A DNA stretch of 43,546 nt. It comes from a virus (taxonomy: Duplodnaviria > Caudoviricetes). The notes beneath the pieces are model-generated. The model ran no database searches. It had not been told where the DNA came from and saw nothing but the letters and a program-made list of their open reading frames with translations. Positions within the stretch are counted from its first letter, which is position 1. Every line of letters starts with the position of its first letter. The translations under genes were made by a program, and so were the position numbers. The DNA lies in IMG/VR virus record IMGVR_UViG_3300025003_000021, positions 1 through 43,546 of that record; one strand, written 5' to 3'. Shown in pieces: positions 33,301-42,668 of the stretch.

Positions 33301-34424
33301 TACAGTGGTGCGATGATGCTGTTCCCCACCACAAATCCAGTAAGTGGGTTTTTAGTTATCAGTGACGTGCCAATCCCGGCCGCCATGCCAGCACTCGATT
33401 GAGGCAGTGCTCGTGCACCTAAGATAAGCGTTTTTTCTAGGGGGTTCTTGTCGTACAGATCGGGCTGATTGTGGCTAGAATCATACTTGCTAGCCTGTTC
33501 TTTCGCCCATGCTGCAACGTCCCCACCTTCTGGTGCGTGCCATTGGATAGCCTGGAATACTGCTTGTGGTGCGTCTTCTGTCGTTCCGTAGTAGAGTTGA
33601 TTCCCAATCTGCGATATATCATCAGCAACCCGTTCATGTAGGTTCTTCGGCTTATCTTCCGTTATTGAGCCGACTCGAAATTCACCACCGGCCATGTCCT
33701 CCTGGTTAGCGATTGCACGCGCCGTTACATCATTTGCGCCTGTTCTGCGTTTGATGGCATTAAGGCGCTCGTCACGATCCTGGGCCGCCTGGCGCTTATT
33801 CAGACCGGCGCTTGCGGCTGCGAAGCCATTTCTATCCAGCACCTGAAAATCTTGTTGTGTGGCAGATGCAATTCCTTTCGGTGGTGGGGCAATAGGCAGG
33901 TTTTTCTGGCCAAGCATCGTTCCAGAAATATCCTGTCCTGCCGCGCCCTGTGGAATTGGCGATTGGCTTCCCCATGTTCCTGATGCCCCGCGCTGTCTGC
34001 GCGCCTGCCCGATACCATCAGTTGCGGACGGTTCGATGACGTCATGCTTTACCGGCGCGCCGTTCGCCATCTCGGTCATCCGGGCTGCAATGACGTCCTC
34101 GCCGGCACTGGGGTTTTCCTTCCTGGCCTGGGCATACAAGTCGTTTTCCTGCGGCGCGGCGGCAGCAGTGGCGTCAACAGCTTCCGCCGCCGCGCCAGTG
34201 GCCTTGTTTCCGCCCATGAATTCAGGAACGTAGTCCAAAGCCTTGTCGGTGAAGCCGGGCTTGGTGCGCGCCATGAAGTCAGAGTGAACTGCTTCCAGGT
34301 CAGCCGTTTCAACCTGCGGCACGATGACTCGCGCGAAGTAGTCCGCGCGCACGGCATCACGATCTTCCGTGGACAGATTCTGGTAGTCTTCTGATCCAGA
34401 TACTTCTTTCCAGGTTACTACCAT
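30309..34424 (-). CDS. Large internal virion/ejection protein (1371 aa)
   Basis: Ala/Gly-rich amphipathic and hydrophobic segments with long Pro-rich linkers; position among the ejection genes. Confidence 0.8.
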   Translation of the reverse strand: MVVTWKEVSGSEDYQNLSTEDRDAVRADYFARVIVPQVETADLEAVHSDFMARTKPGFTDKALDYVPEFMGGNKATGAAAEAVDATAAAAPQENDLYAQARKENPSAGEDVIAARMTEMANGAPVKHDVIEPSATDGIGQARRQRGASGTWGSQSPIPQGAAGQDISGTMLGQKNLPIAPPPKGIASATQQDFQVLDRNGFAAASAGLNKRQAAQDRDERLNAIKRRTGANDVTARAIANQEDMAGGEFRVGSITEDKPKNLHERVADDISQIGNQLYYGTTEDAPQAVFQAIQWHAPEGGDVAAWAKEQASKYDSSHNQPDLYDKNPLEKTLILGARALPQSSAGMAAGIGTSLITKNPLTGFVVGNSIIAPLYAGSQAQQTYDKLIQAGAKPSDAKIAGWINYGIEGGGEALAGVIGGKLITGVGHLLVNELGKQGTKKALSTITSPSWLGAFAKDMLANAGIQSSTEYVQGFGETAVENLYGAKNNGSPHEAGKQGAIAALGMSLLLMPVAVPGHLNAAKDRANVGTLLVDETAPNEMRIRAAGVAHEGLKKIIGKDAADAWHSSFVSNVSRPEADANLAKQRAMSAWEGNPLTRGSVPAAQPEPSRPAPTGPLTSALAAAPVAPGQTAPVDVPTRAAAQNVLPTPLQEGAPVEVPQQDDGSDAALLARIRQAELPDKTVTDETPNGTSDLAAAQNYPDANVENGNQVKGADLPGSGIVIPDAMPGLQGRDSTSTGMPVGDGAAPAQPPGGAKPGEALADEMPPAISGSSEARTPGDAALVNKQSDGLRTLDEEGRATDRKPINPGDVFGTLSGRKTTPVPKQKGKKYHSQWLIENATSEAESRGDSFNSRAFSNIGMLKGGGLTGADRSGMLMYLFGQQPAVVPPILKPFTVGAPSIADAKAKIGALKALQKSRLKPIDDARIHGMEGDLRAIAKLTGWAQEGGRMIRGSEDFNHPDYDKISRTTWIPHQEWYAGMANKISGQAAVNAVEDAIAGKPMNAKSKRFVAELMDIIAEERSQNSIAEREKLVEEASALGVDTTDKTAEQIRAEIDALYAQYDQLEREAIQEADSFVDDAQEEVNDIPFGEDESRNPADLNTIFGAAWNEEIQGEAQGPDRQEAAPPGATPAVPGVPARGAEEGRGDDENPPQSESLGDGAQGPEREGANDQSGERETGKLSPGKVGQFNLADNGKPTIELVGQTPEEILAEQEAERDRIRTAASDARAEEERAKRARAKQEDDARKTQVIADRKKEKKAEVDATVANFELGQEPPSPIVKKVTPDELAGQGDIFSAPQPTPAKAPAQTGPVGITVSDIVPMILRQIRVTIPAINSRTNTYQQREVSALDAIKATDDDIMQMKALLDCLKA

Positions 34425-34427
34425 TGC

Positions 34428-35825
34428 TCAGTACCTCAGCTTGTCGCGCAAGGCAGTGGCGGCGCCGTTAGCAGGCTTGTCGTTCTTGGTCACGGTACGT
34501 ATATTCTGCTCGCGGCGTGTTCCCTGCATGATCATGTCAGCGGCTTTCATGGGCGGTATTCCGGACATCACCATCTCTTCCATCTTGGCGATGTCGCGTG
34601 AATATGCAGACTTGTCCGCGATGTCGGTGAAGCTGAAGGCGCCGAATGAGTCGGTCTTTGCGCCGTGCATGAGTGCGATCTGCTTGACTCCATCGTTTAC
34701 AGATTTGGAATAGCTTCCAGGCTTTGCATTGGCCGCCTCAGTCCCGGCTGGTGCTGCGGCGATTCCTGCCGCTTTGACGCCGGCCAGCCGTCCAATTTGA
34801 CCAGCGTGATAGGCTTGAGCCGCCTCAAGATCCCGTTTTGATTTAAGTCCCGCCATCTTTTCCTGCCATTCGATAGCTGCCATCGGGTCTTTCAGGGTAG
34901 AGATAACCTCGCCTATGGCCACCTTCTCGGTCATCGGTTGCGATGTATACAGCACCTTGCCATCATTAGTTTTGTGAGTCAGCACCACCATTCCATTCTT
35001 TGTTCGGGCGGTTGACACACTGGTGTTGTCGTTGTAGTCTGGATCGGTATTGAACAGGTCAATCATCCCATTCAGCCCGCCCTTCGCTGCGGCGATAGAT
35101 GCCTTCTGGTAGAGCCTTTCGCGCTCGCTATCGAATTCTGTCTTGCCAAAGTTTAGGCTGGCAAGTCTGGAAGCCAGCGCGTTCTGCTGGTTGACTCCGT
35201 AGTCTCGGAAAATCTTGGTCTTTTGTGCAGGGCTGAATTGGGTGCCATTTGCAATCCCTTCGCTGATAGCCCTGTTGGCATTGTCAAGCGCCGCGCGCTG
35301 CGTCTGCTGATAGGCCGCATCCGTATTGCGCATCTCAAGGTTGGCTGCGTTGAGAGCATTAATCCTCTCGGCACTGGCGTCTTGAACAGCCTGGCGGGCG
35401 TCTTGCTTGTCGTCTCGCTTGGCGGTGTACGCACGCTGCCCATACAGATCTGCGCGGTTATTGAAGCCGTGGCGCCGGTAGATGTCCTCCATCTTTGCAT
35501 AGCGTTCGGCTTCGCTGATTGGCGCAGTATCCGGAACGCCGTATTTGTAATCATATGCCGCCACCGATTGCATGGGTGCTGCGTCAGGGGCGGTGGTTTG
35601 GTCAGCGCCGTTAGTGATCGAGTTGCCATCGACAGCCGTCTTAGCGTTCTCGGCGTCGGATGCAACTTGCCGCTTCGCGCCAGGGGCATGTTGATTTAGT
35701 CCGGCCGCTTCATCGCTGGCCGCCTTCTCGCGGCGTGCCCGGTCCCACTTGTCTCCAAGGTTGTTTCGGAAGTAGGTGTCTGCCGCGCCACCGCCTACCT
35801 GACCCAATGTTGTCCAGAAGCTCAT
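34428..35825 (-). CDS. Internal virion/ejection protein (465 aa)
   Basis: Helical, Ala/Gln-rich; N-terminal MSFWTTLGQVGGG; synteny. Confidence 0.75.
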   Translation of the reverse strand: MSFWTTLGQVGGGAADTYFRNNLGDKWDRARREKAASDEAAGLNQHAPGAKRQVASDAENAKTAVDGNSITNGADQTTAPDAAPMQSVAAYDYKYGVPDTAPISEAERYAKMEDIYRRHGFNNRADLYGQRAYTAKRDDKQDARQAVQDASAERINALNAANLEMRNTDAAYQQTQRAALDNANRAISEGIANGTQFSPAQKTKIFRDYGVNQQNALASRLASLNFGKTEFDSERERLYQKASIAAAKGGLNGMIDLFNTDPDYNDNTSVSTARTKNGMVVLTHKTNDGKVLYTSQPMTEKVAIGEVISTLKDPMAAIEWQEKMAGLKSKRDLEAAQAYHAGQIGRLAGVKAAGIAAAPAGTEAANAKPGSYSKSVNDGVKQIALMHGAKTDSFGAFSFTDIADKSAYSRDIAKMEEMVMSGIPPMKAADMIMQGTRREQNIRTVTKNDKPANGAATALRDKLRY

Positions 35826-35826
35826 C

Positions 35827-37500
35827 TCAGCACCCCTTCCTTTTCACCATTCCGCCGTTCTTTAGACCCTGGCGCTTCAGTTCCGCTTCGATCTGGGCAT
35901 CGCGGTTGCGCAGGAAACCAGCGGCTTTGCCGACCACCCCATCGTCAATCAGCTTCTCGCGGATGAATTTTCGCTTATCGACCTCTGAGTCGGCCTTCGG
36001 ATTGGCCGCGATTCTCTGGTATATCCAGTCCACGAAGCCACCGTCGGCGTAGCCGTCACTATAGCGTTTCATAAGCCCGGCGTGGTTGATCCGTTCAAGT
36101 TGGGCACGTACGCCAGGGATGGCAACAGATTCCGCGTTCACAACGAATTCGCCATCAGAAAGCCGCGCAGGGATGGAGTCGGAAGTCTTCGATCCAGGGC
36201 CGTCAACGCCCCCGCCGTCACGAAGGTCATGGCGCTTGCTGGCAACGTAAGCGCCATGAAGGATACCCTGTAGGTAGGCCAGCATTTGCTGATCCTGCGC
36301 CTTGGTTCCAGTGTACTTCTCGCCTTCAAACGTCTTCTCGAACATTGCCCTACGCTTGGATAATTTGAGGGGACCTGGCTTATGCACAATCCCGCCATCC
36401 TTGTGCGATAGCGCCCCAAACAGCGCAGCCGCGCCAAGTGCCCATCCGATCGGGTTCCACGCATTCGCCGCCGCAGCAGTTTCCACGCCAGTGGCCAGCG
36501 ATGCGGTAGTCTCTGCGGCAGCCTCGCCTGCGGCTTCCGCCAGGCCAGCTCCTGCGGCTTGGCTTCCAACGCCACCCACGCCAGCACCAGTTCCTGTCAA
36601 CCCAAGCGCTGTCGTGCCATCTGCAGACGCATCAGCCAACGCAGTATTTGCTACGTCGATGCTGGCGTCCTTTGCTATTTCTGCCTTTGCGGGATTGACA
36701 AGCTTGTAGACACGGTTCACGCCCTTGGCAATACCAACCGCCTGCTGTGCTCCGCTTGGTTGCGGTGCCGCCTGTATGCCGGCGTTGGGTCCGGTCATGG
36801 ACATTCCGCGTTCCATGTAGCGGGCGCGACCACCATCAGCAAATCCCTCTTCCACCAGCCCGCCGTCCTTCTTGAAGTATTTCTCGTAGATGTCAGCGCC
36901 AGCCATCAATGTGCTGCCAAGTCCGGCGTTTGCCTGGGCATTGGTTTGTGCGTTTTGTGCCATGGTCTGGCCTTGCGAGCCATATCCGCCTGCGATCTGT
37001 TGACCTTGCGTCATGCTCTCGGTCTGCATGTCGTTGAGCAGTTTCCATTTGTTTGTTGCGGCGGTGGTCTGCGCGGTGTCCAGGGCAATTCCGGTCTGGT
37101 TGACAGCACCGGCTTTCGTTGCAGCGCCAGCCATCGCATTGCGGTTGGCCATGCCGGCGAACTTTCCAGAATTAGGGTTGAGCCCATAACGCCCAAGGGT
37201 CCGCACCATCTCCGCCGTTTTGCTATCGGTCGCGGCCTGCGCGGCGTTGGCGGCCGCACCCTTCATCTGGTCAATGTATCCCTGGCTACTGTACTTGTCG
37301 TAGGCTCCCATCGCCCCTTGCAGGCCGCCGGCCATATAGGGGTCTCGCAGCGCGTCGGTCTCTTTGAGCTTGCCAAGGTTGTAGTCGAGCATCCGCCCCT
37401 GCGCCTCGGTCGCAGAATTCTCTGAACCTCCGCTATCCCCCCCGCCGAAGTTGGCTCCTGGGTGGCGCAACCACGTCCTGTATTTACTCGCTCCGAACAT
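35827..37500 (-). CDS. Pilot/DNA-transfer-like protein (557 aa)
   Basis: N-terminal GGG; Ala/Gly-rich with a hydrophobic segment; repeated (F/Y)ADGG/KDGG motifs and GPGSKTSDSIPARLSDGEFVV. Confidence 0.75.
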   Translation of the reverse strand: MFGASKYRTWLRHPGANFGGGDSGGSENSATEAQGRMLDYNLGKLKETDALRDPYMAGGLQGAMGAYDKYSSQGYIDQMKGAAANAAQAATDSKTAEMVRTLGRYGLNPNSGKFAGMANRNAMAGAATKAGAVNQTGIALDTAQTTAATNKWKLLNDMQTESMTQGQQIAGGYGSQGQTMAQNAQTNAQANAGLGSTLMAGADIYEKYFKKDGGLVEEGFADGGRARYMERGMSMTGPNAGIQAAPQPSGAQQAVGIAKGVNRVYKLVNPAKAEIAKDASIDVANTALADASADGTTALGLTGTGAGVGGVGSQAAGAGLAEAAGEAAAETTASLATGVETAAAANAWNPIGWALGAAALFGALSHKDGGIVHKPGPLKLSKRRAMFEKTFEGEKYTGTKAQDQQMLAYLQGILHGAYVASKRHDLRDGGGVDGPGSKTSDSIPARLSDGEFVVNAESVAIPGVRAQLERINHAGLMKRYSDGYADGGFVDWIYQRIAANPKADSEVDKRKFIREKLIDDGVVGKAAGFLRNRDAQIEAELKRQGLKNGGMVKRKGC

Positions 37501-37936
37501 TGGTATGCTCCTTCATGTAATCGTCGATGCGCTCGGGCATCATGGCTTTCCACACGTCCGGCAGGATTTCTGCCGCGCGGGTCTTATTGTTGAAAACGGT
37601 CACCAGGAAGGTGCCGACGTGGCCTACGGCATAGCGCAGCCCATGGGCTATTTCAAGTTGGTGCAGGTCGCCAGATCTCTCCATGCGGTTCGCCGCATGG
37701 AAGCCCATGATGCCAGTAAAGATAAGCGGCGCTAAGGCGGGCTGATACTTCAAGTAGACAGGGTTCGATGGTATATCCGACAGTGCGCACTCGAAAGCGG
37801 TGTTTATCGCTTCGTCTGACACTGGCTTGTCTTTGTCTATCAGGTCGTCCCAGATGTGCGCGACGTAGCCAAGGTCATCCAGCAGACGCACCGCATCCAT
37901 GTTACCATTGAACCATTCAGGGGTGTAGTCAGGCAT
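37484..37936 (-). CDS. Helical protein with a DDxxD motif (isoprenoid-synthase-like)
   Basis: AHIWDDLIDKD in a predicted all-helical 150-aa protein. Confidence 0.65.
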   Translation of the reverse strand: MPDYTPEWFNGNMDAVRLLDDLGYVAHIWDDLIDKDKPVSDEAINTAFECALSDIPSNPVYLKYQPALAPLIFTGIMGFHAANRMERSGDLHQLEIAHGLRYAVGHVGTFLVTVFNNKTRAAEILPDVWKAMMPERIDDYMKEHTNVRSE

Positions 37937-38031
37937 GATAGTGGGCTAAAAAATGTGCATAGTAGGCGGATTCGGATAGTCTCGGGCGAACTTTCGTTGG
38001 GCTGGATGCTACACCATTTCAACGGATTGCG

Positions 38032-38841
38032 TTACCCGATACGCCATGCGAATCCACCTGGCTGGTAAATCCCATCTCCTTGAATATTTGAACCGCCGAC
38101 CCCGACACCTGCGTAAAATATTGTTAGCTCATCAAACCAAGTTTGCTTTATAAACCCCGCATAGGCCCATGTTCCACCGGCTGGCAATGTTCTCGTCCCA
38201 GCCGCCAGCGTGACCCACTGACCGATTCCTTCCCCGACCTTCGGGGCAGGGAACCCTGTTGCGCCCCCTGTGATAGCGGCCCAAGAGGCTGTCGATCCGC
38301 TCGTAGTAAGATATTGCCCACTGTGACCAGCTTGCGCTGGAAGTACAGATGCGGATGCAATAGCCGAATCCACATAGGCGGTAGATGCCGCCTTTACCGC
38401 ATCGGCATAGGCGGTGGTAGCGAGCTTGGTGCTGTTGTTCCCCTGTGTCTGGGTAACACCGGTCGTCCCGGTAGGGAGTGACGGGGTGCCAGTGAAGGCC
38501 TGCGAATCGACATTGGCTTTTGCCATATTGACTTCCATCGCATCGTAGAGAGCGGCACGGCAAGGGCGGGAGGTAATAATATCGCCAACGATAAAGGCTC
38601 TCGCCGCTGTGCCGTCCTGGGCGCGAACAATCGTCAGATAATCTCCGGCGCGAGCGACAGCCTTCACGATCTCCATGTTGTTTGACTGGTCTACTAAGGT
38701 CATGTATTCGTATTGACCTGGAGCGTACTGCGTCAGGCGCGATCCGTAGCCAGCCGACAGGGTTACCGTAGTTGCCGAGTCACTGATCCCTGTGGCGATC
38801 GGTGCACTGAAGTTGTTGGTAATCTTGAGTCCAATGGTCAT
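38032..38841 (-). CDS. Tail fibre-like protein
   Basis: EIVKAVARAGDYLTIVRAQDGTAARAF; FTGTPSLPT..NSTKLATTAY fibre motif; LPAQAGHSGQYLTT. Confidence 0.8.
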   Translation of the reverse strand: MTIGLKITNNFSAPIATGISDSATTVTLSAGYGSRLTQYAPGQYEYMTLVDQSNNMEIVKAVARAGDYLTIVRAQDGTAARAFIVGDIITSRPCRAALYDAMEVNMAKANVDSQAFTGTPSLPTGTTGVTQTQGNNSTKLATTAYADAVKAASTAYVDSAIASASVLPAQAGHSGQYLTTSGSTASWAAITGGATGFPAPKVGEGIGQWVTLAAGTRTLPAGGTWAYAGFIKQTWFDELTIFYAGVGVGGSNIQGDGIYQPGGFAWRIG

Positions 38842-38853
38842 TGTCGTGTCCTA

Positions 38854-39519
38854 TCAGGCGTCTGTGCCGGCTGCGATGGTGAAGTAGATGGTAACACCAT
38901 GAAGCCTGGCATCAACGCCTAAGGAATCCTCCATATCGCCGGCGTTGCGGAAAATCTGGAACACCACGAGGTCTTCTGCCGCTGGCGGTCCGGGGATAGT
39001 TATCGCCGGTGTAGTAAGTGAGGTGTAGGCCGTATCCACCGCTCCACCTGTAGCGTAGATGTAGTTGGCGGTACCTAGGGTGGCATCCATTGAATCGCCG
39101 TTGGAGATCGCTGCGGCCTGAATCCCCCATGCCACGCCAAAGTTGGTGGTGGCATATGGGTGACTCCAGGTGAACGCGGCGGCGACGGTGCCAAGGTTCC
39201 ACTTTTTCGGCATCCTGCGGATGAACTGCACGTATTCGATGGTTGCGGCGTCGAAGTCGAAGGTCTTGAGCATGATCTTTGAATTTGCTGTCTCGGCTGT
39301 CCCGGCTGCCGCGCCGTTGGTGGAGCGCGCGTAGAGCTCAGAAGCGGGAACCCAGATGGATTGCACGCCGAGCACATTCCCCGCCAGCAACCACTCCGTG
39401 CGGTTCAGCAACGCCTGGGCCTGGGTATTCATTGGGGCGCCCGCCCCGCCAAGAACAAGGGTGCCCGTTTCGTGTTGCGGCACATCGCTCCAAGCCGCTA
39501 TAGGGGTAAGCATCGTCAT
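38854..39519 (-). CDS. Virion/tail-associated protein
   Basis: NTQAQALLNRTEWL fibre N-terminal motif; beta-rich C-terminal domain. Confidence 0.7.
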   Translation of the reverse strand: MTMLTPIAAWSDVPQHETGTLVLGGAGAPMNTQAQALLNRTEWLLAGNVLGVQSIWVPASELYARSTNGAAAGTAETANSKIMLKTFDFDAATIEYVQFIRRMPKKWNLGTVAAAFTWSHPYATTNFGVAWGIQAAAISNGDSMDATLGTANYIYATGGAVDTAYTSLTTPAITIPGPPAAEDLVVFQIFRNAGDMEDSLGVDARLHGVTIYFTIAAGTDA

Positions 39520-39974
39520 CAGATTTCGCTCCGGAAAACATCGGCATTCTTGCCGAGTTGGGTAATTGTCGCCATGGTGTTATTTGAATTGTAATGGCCG
39601 CTACAGCAAAGCCTAACACATTGATATATCAGCCACACCTTCCATGCAGAAACGCCTATCAATAGGCAAGCCTCGCGCAACACCTTGTCCGCCAATGCAC
39701 GAGGGATCGCGCCAGTCGAATATAGGCTGTCATGCACAACGCCAGGCATGTCGGATATCTTTGCCAGCAGGATGTAGACAAATGGCAGACGCGGGATTGA
39801 TGCCAGATCAGTGACGAATCCGGCCGGGACGGTGATAACCATGTCCGCCACATCGGACTGATAGATAAAAGGTGTTCGCAGTTGGTAAAGTTGCTCGCCG
39901 TTTCGGTTCACAAGCGGGTAGCCATCGGTTGAACACATCAACTCCATATCTAATATGGTAACGAATTTGCTCAT
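39519..39974 (-). CDS. DUF1353-family protein
   Basis: VPAGFVTDLASIPR...VVHDSLY...ADKVLREA. Confidence 0.85.
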   Translation of the reverse strand: MSKFVTILDMELMCSTDGYPLVNRNGEQLYQLRTPFIYQSDVADMVITVPAGFVTDLASIPRLPFVYILLAKISDMPGVVHDSLYSTGAIPRALADKVLREACLLIGVSAWKVWLIYQCVRLCCSGHYNSNNTMATITQLGKNADVFRSEI

Positions 39975-39985
39975 AGCGGTTCCTT

Positions 39986-40174
39986 TTATGCTCCGAGTCG
40001 TGCAACGAGTTGGTTGATCTTGGTGATCACTTCGTCCAATGTCGCCGTTTTAGAGAGCGGCTCTAGCGGCCCTGATCGCGCGCCGGTGATCTCATCTAGA
40101 ATATGCTTGATAGGCCAGATTACTCGCGCGGCTCCTGGATCGATAGCGGTAGGTGGGGGGATTGACGGCTTCAT
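39986..40174 (-). CDS. Small hypothetical protein
   Basis: ATGA overlap with the upstream gene; ATLDEVITKINQLVARL helix. Confidence 0.7.
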   Translation of the reverse strand: MKPSIPPPTAIDPGAARVIWPIKHILDEITGARSGPLEPLSKTATLDEVITKINQLVARLGA

Positions 40175-42075
40175 GCTTTCGCTAGTTCAGGAACCGTTGT
40201 GGCCATAACAATCCTCCGCACCGGGATGTTACCAGAGATTGCGATTTCCCATGTATCGCTCCTAAACCCGGATGGCAAGCGAATCGGCTTGTTGTCATTG
40301 ACGGCACCCTGAAAAACAATGGACTGATCAGCATAGATACGGATGGCCAAGAATCGGGTTCTAGGAGTTCCCCCTGTTCCCCCTGTTCCTCCCCCTGTCC
40401 CTCCTGTTCCTCCTGTCCCTCCTGTTCCTCCTGTTCCTCCACCGGTGAGTGACGATCCATTCCACTCGAATTCATTGGCGAGACAGATTCCCCACCCAGA
40501 GCTATAGGCGCCTTCAGCCCATTTGCTCGCATTGTCCGTTTGGGTAATCATGTTATCTGCGACGGTTTCCAATGCAATAATCTCGGGGTCGTGATCGGCC
40601 AATACCTGAACCGCAGTAAAGTTCATCGGGCGTGGAAGAACGAATAACTTGCTCTTCCACTCATATTGACTTCTGCTGATGAGGTCTGCATCAAACTCAA
40701 CTATCTTGTCGTCCCAGAGCAGGTATAACTTTCCGGTGCTGGTGATGATGTGCGCGGCTGTGGCTGGAATCCTGATCGTGGTCATCGGTGCTTCTGGCAA
40801 CGTGGTGTCCATGACGAGGCCGCTGGTGACCGTGACGGCATCCGAGATTGAGCCGTCCATCGCCATGCTTCCACCCATCGTGAAGGCGCCGTCCATGACG
40901 AAGTAGTCTGTCTCGACCCGGGTGTACCAGAGCGTGTACCGCTCATCATAGAAAATTCCGTGCATCCCATTTGTGTCGTATTTGATCCACTCTTCTTGTG
41001 TGAATAGTGATCGAGTGGTATTTGAAGCAGTCGCCCCGGAAAGATGGGCGATGCCGTTGTAGGTAACGTAGATCGCCCCTACCCCATCGGTCGAAGCAGA
41101 TCGCTTGCTCAAACAGGGGACGTTCTTGCTCATCTGCTCCGTTGACATGGAATCCGGGGTCATCCCGGAGCAGTAGTACGGCTTCCCGGTGGTGAGTACG
41201 TACATGCCCTGGGCAATGGGGACCAGTGCGACGATCTTGTCGGCCACGGTGAGCGCGTAGTCAGATGGCCAGGCGTGCGGCTGGTAGGCGGCGCTGAAGT
41301 ACAGTGAATTTCCGATGAACCCGGCAAGAATCCCATTGGCGAGCGACACCAGCCCCTTGAGTCCTACGGGTGGGACATCAAAATTCGTGGAGGTAATCTC
41401 CTCAGCCAGTTGCTCATCTGTGATCCCATCCGTGGTGGATGTCCCAGTGAACTCTTTGACGAACTGGTAGGCTCCGCCATTGGAGCGATACAGGCGCCGC
41501 TTGGTGACGTTGTAGCCGGTGGTGGGAACATCAGACATGGCGTCTATGGTAATGGTGTCTCCGGACGCCCAGGTGGCAATGGTTACGGGCGGGGATGGGG
41601 CGCCTTCTTCCTCGATTCCGCTGAACAGGGAGACATTGGTGTAGACCCAGACTCTAGTCATGGTGCCCGTACCGGCAGACGCGGTTGCGGCTGCGGCAGG
41701 CGCAGGGACACCCAACTCGTAGTAGGTTTGCGGGTAACGGCCCGTTCCGGCGATCGCCATGGCAGAATCAGTCTTCTTCGGCGTTCCATCCCCAGTGTAG
41801 TAGTATCGTCTCTTGTCATCGTCATCCGCGACGGGCCCGAGCACGCAATCGACATCGGTGTCCCAGGAAAACCAGCGTTCTGACCCTTGGTCATAGAAGA
41901 TGGATTGAGTAGTCGCCGGAACGGTGACGCCGATGGATCTTGACCCACGCCACGCACGGATAGCGCCGGCGTGTAGGCGAACGTCCTGGGCTACCTGGGC
42001 ACCGTTCTGCGGTAGGAAAGCCGGGTCTGTTCTCGGAGCAATACCGGAGAAGGAATTTAATGCAATGATAGACAT
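40171..42075 (-). CDS. Tail nozzle / tubular protein B-like
   Basis: FSGIAPR..P..LP...AQ.A N-terminus, YQPHAWP, WKSK.F and RLPSGF motifs of podophage beta-propeller tail proteins. Confidence 0.75.
   Translation of the reverse strand: MSIIALNSFSGIAPRTDPAFLPQNGAQVAQDVRLHAGAIRAWRGSRSIGVTVPATTQSIFYDQGSERWFSWDTDVDCVLGPVADDDDKRRYYYTGDGTPKKTDSAMAIAGTGRYPQTYYELGVPAPAAAATASAGTGTMTRVWVYTNVSLFSGIEEEGAPSPPVTIATWASGDTITIDAMSDVPTTGYNVTKRRLYRSNGGAYQFVKEFTGTSTTDGITDEQLAEEITSTNFDVPPVGLKGLVSLANGILAGFIGNSLYFSAAYQPHAWPSDYALTVADKIVALVPIAQGMYVLTTGKPYYCSGMTPDSMSTEQMSKNVPCLSKRSASTDGVGAIYVTYNGIAHLSGATASNTTRSLFTQEEWIKYDTNGMHGIFYDERYTLWYTRVETDYFVMDGAFTMGGSMAMDGSISDAVTVTSGLVMDTTLPEAPMTTIRIPATAAHIITSTGKLYLLWDDKIVEFDADLISRSQYEWKSKLFVLPRPMNFTAVQVLADHDPEIIALETVADNMITQTDNASKWAEGAYSSGWGICLANEFEWNGSSLTGGGTGGTGGTGGTGGTGGGTGGTGGTPRTRFLAIRIYADQSIVFQGAVNDNKPIRLPSGFRSDTWEIAISGNIPVRRIVMATTVPELAKA
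40368..40443 (-). repeat. In-frame (GGT)n-encoding 9-nt microsatellite
   Basis: Repeated CCTCCTGTT/CCCCCTGTT units on the + strand, encoding TGGGTGGTGGTGG... Confidence 0.9.
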
Positions 42076-42668
42076 CAGGCTTTCTCGGACAGGCGAGCCA
42101 CGAACGACGCCATGAAACCAGCGGCCCGTTCTTGGGATGCGTACTCGTCCTGCCGCGTGAGTGCAACGTAGACGATGTAGTCCGTGATGGCCCCGGACAA
42201 GGTTGCCGGCAGCGTGGTTTCATCCGTTATTGCGTACTCGCAAGGGATGCGCACATAGGTGACGGAGAGCGTCTGCGATGGCGGCGCTGGCGGATAGACG
42301 TAGAAGCGCGTCTTGCTGTCATCGAGCGGGAACCAGTGGATAGCCGCACCCGTTGTTTCGGACATCCATCCAGGGGCGAAGGCTGACAGGGTGGCGCGGT
42401 CGGTCGGTGTGACGACACCCCCGCCAACTACCCGGTCAACAGACACCAGCGACAGCGCATCGGCAAAGCTGATCGACTGAAGCGCCTCCCCGGCGACACA
42501 AGCGAGGGTTCCGGTTTCATAGAAGTAGCGAGGTGCCAGCGTAACGATGGCGTCGAGAGCATCGTTGGCGTATCGCAGTAGATCGGCATCTGGGTAGGTC
42601 GTCATCAGGATGTCGTTGAGGATTGTCCTGGCGGTTGTGATCGGGGTCTGCAAGGTCAGGCTCATCAT
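42075..42668 (-). CDS. Head-tail adaptor / tail tubular protein A-like
   Basis: AR.ILND....YPDADLLRYANDA, FYVYPP and AITDYIVY.AL motifs; directly upstream of the nozzle-like gene; ATGA overlap. Confidence 0.75.
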   Translation of the reverse strand: MMSLTLQTPITTARTILNDILMTTYPDADLLRYANDALDAIVTLAPRYFYETGTLACVAGEALQSISFADALSLVSVDRVVGGGVVTPTDRATLSAFAPGWMSETTGAAIHWFPLDDSKTRFYVYPPAPPSQTLSVTYVRIPCEYAITDETTLPATLSGAITDYIVYVALTRQDEYASQERAAGFMASFVARLSEKA

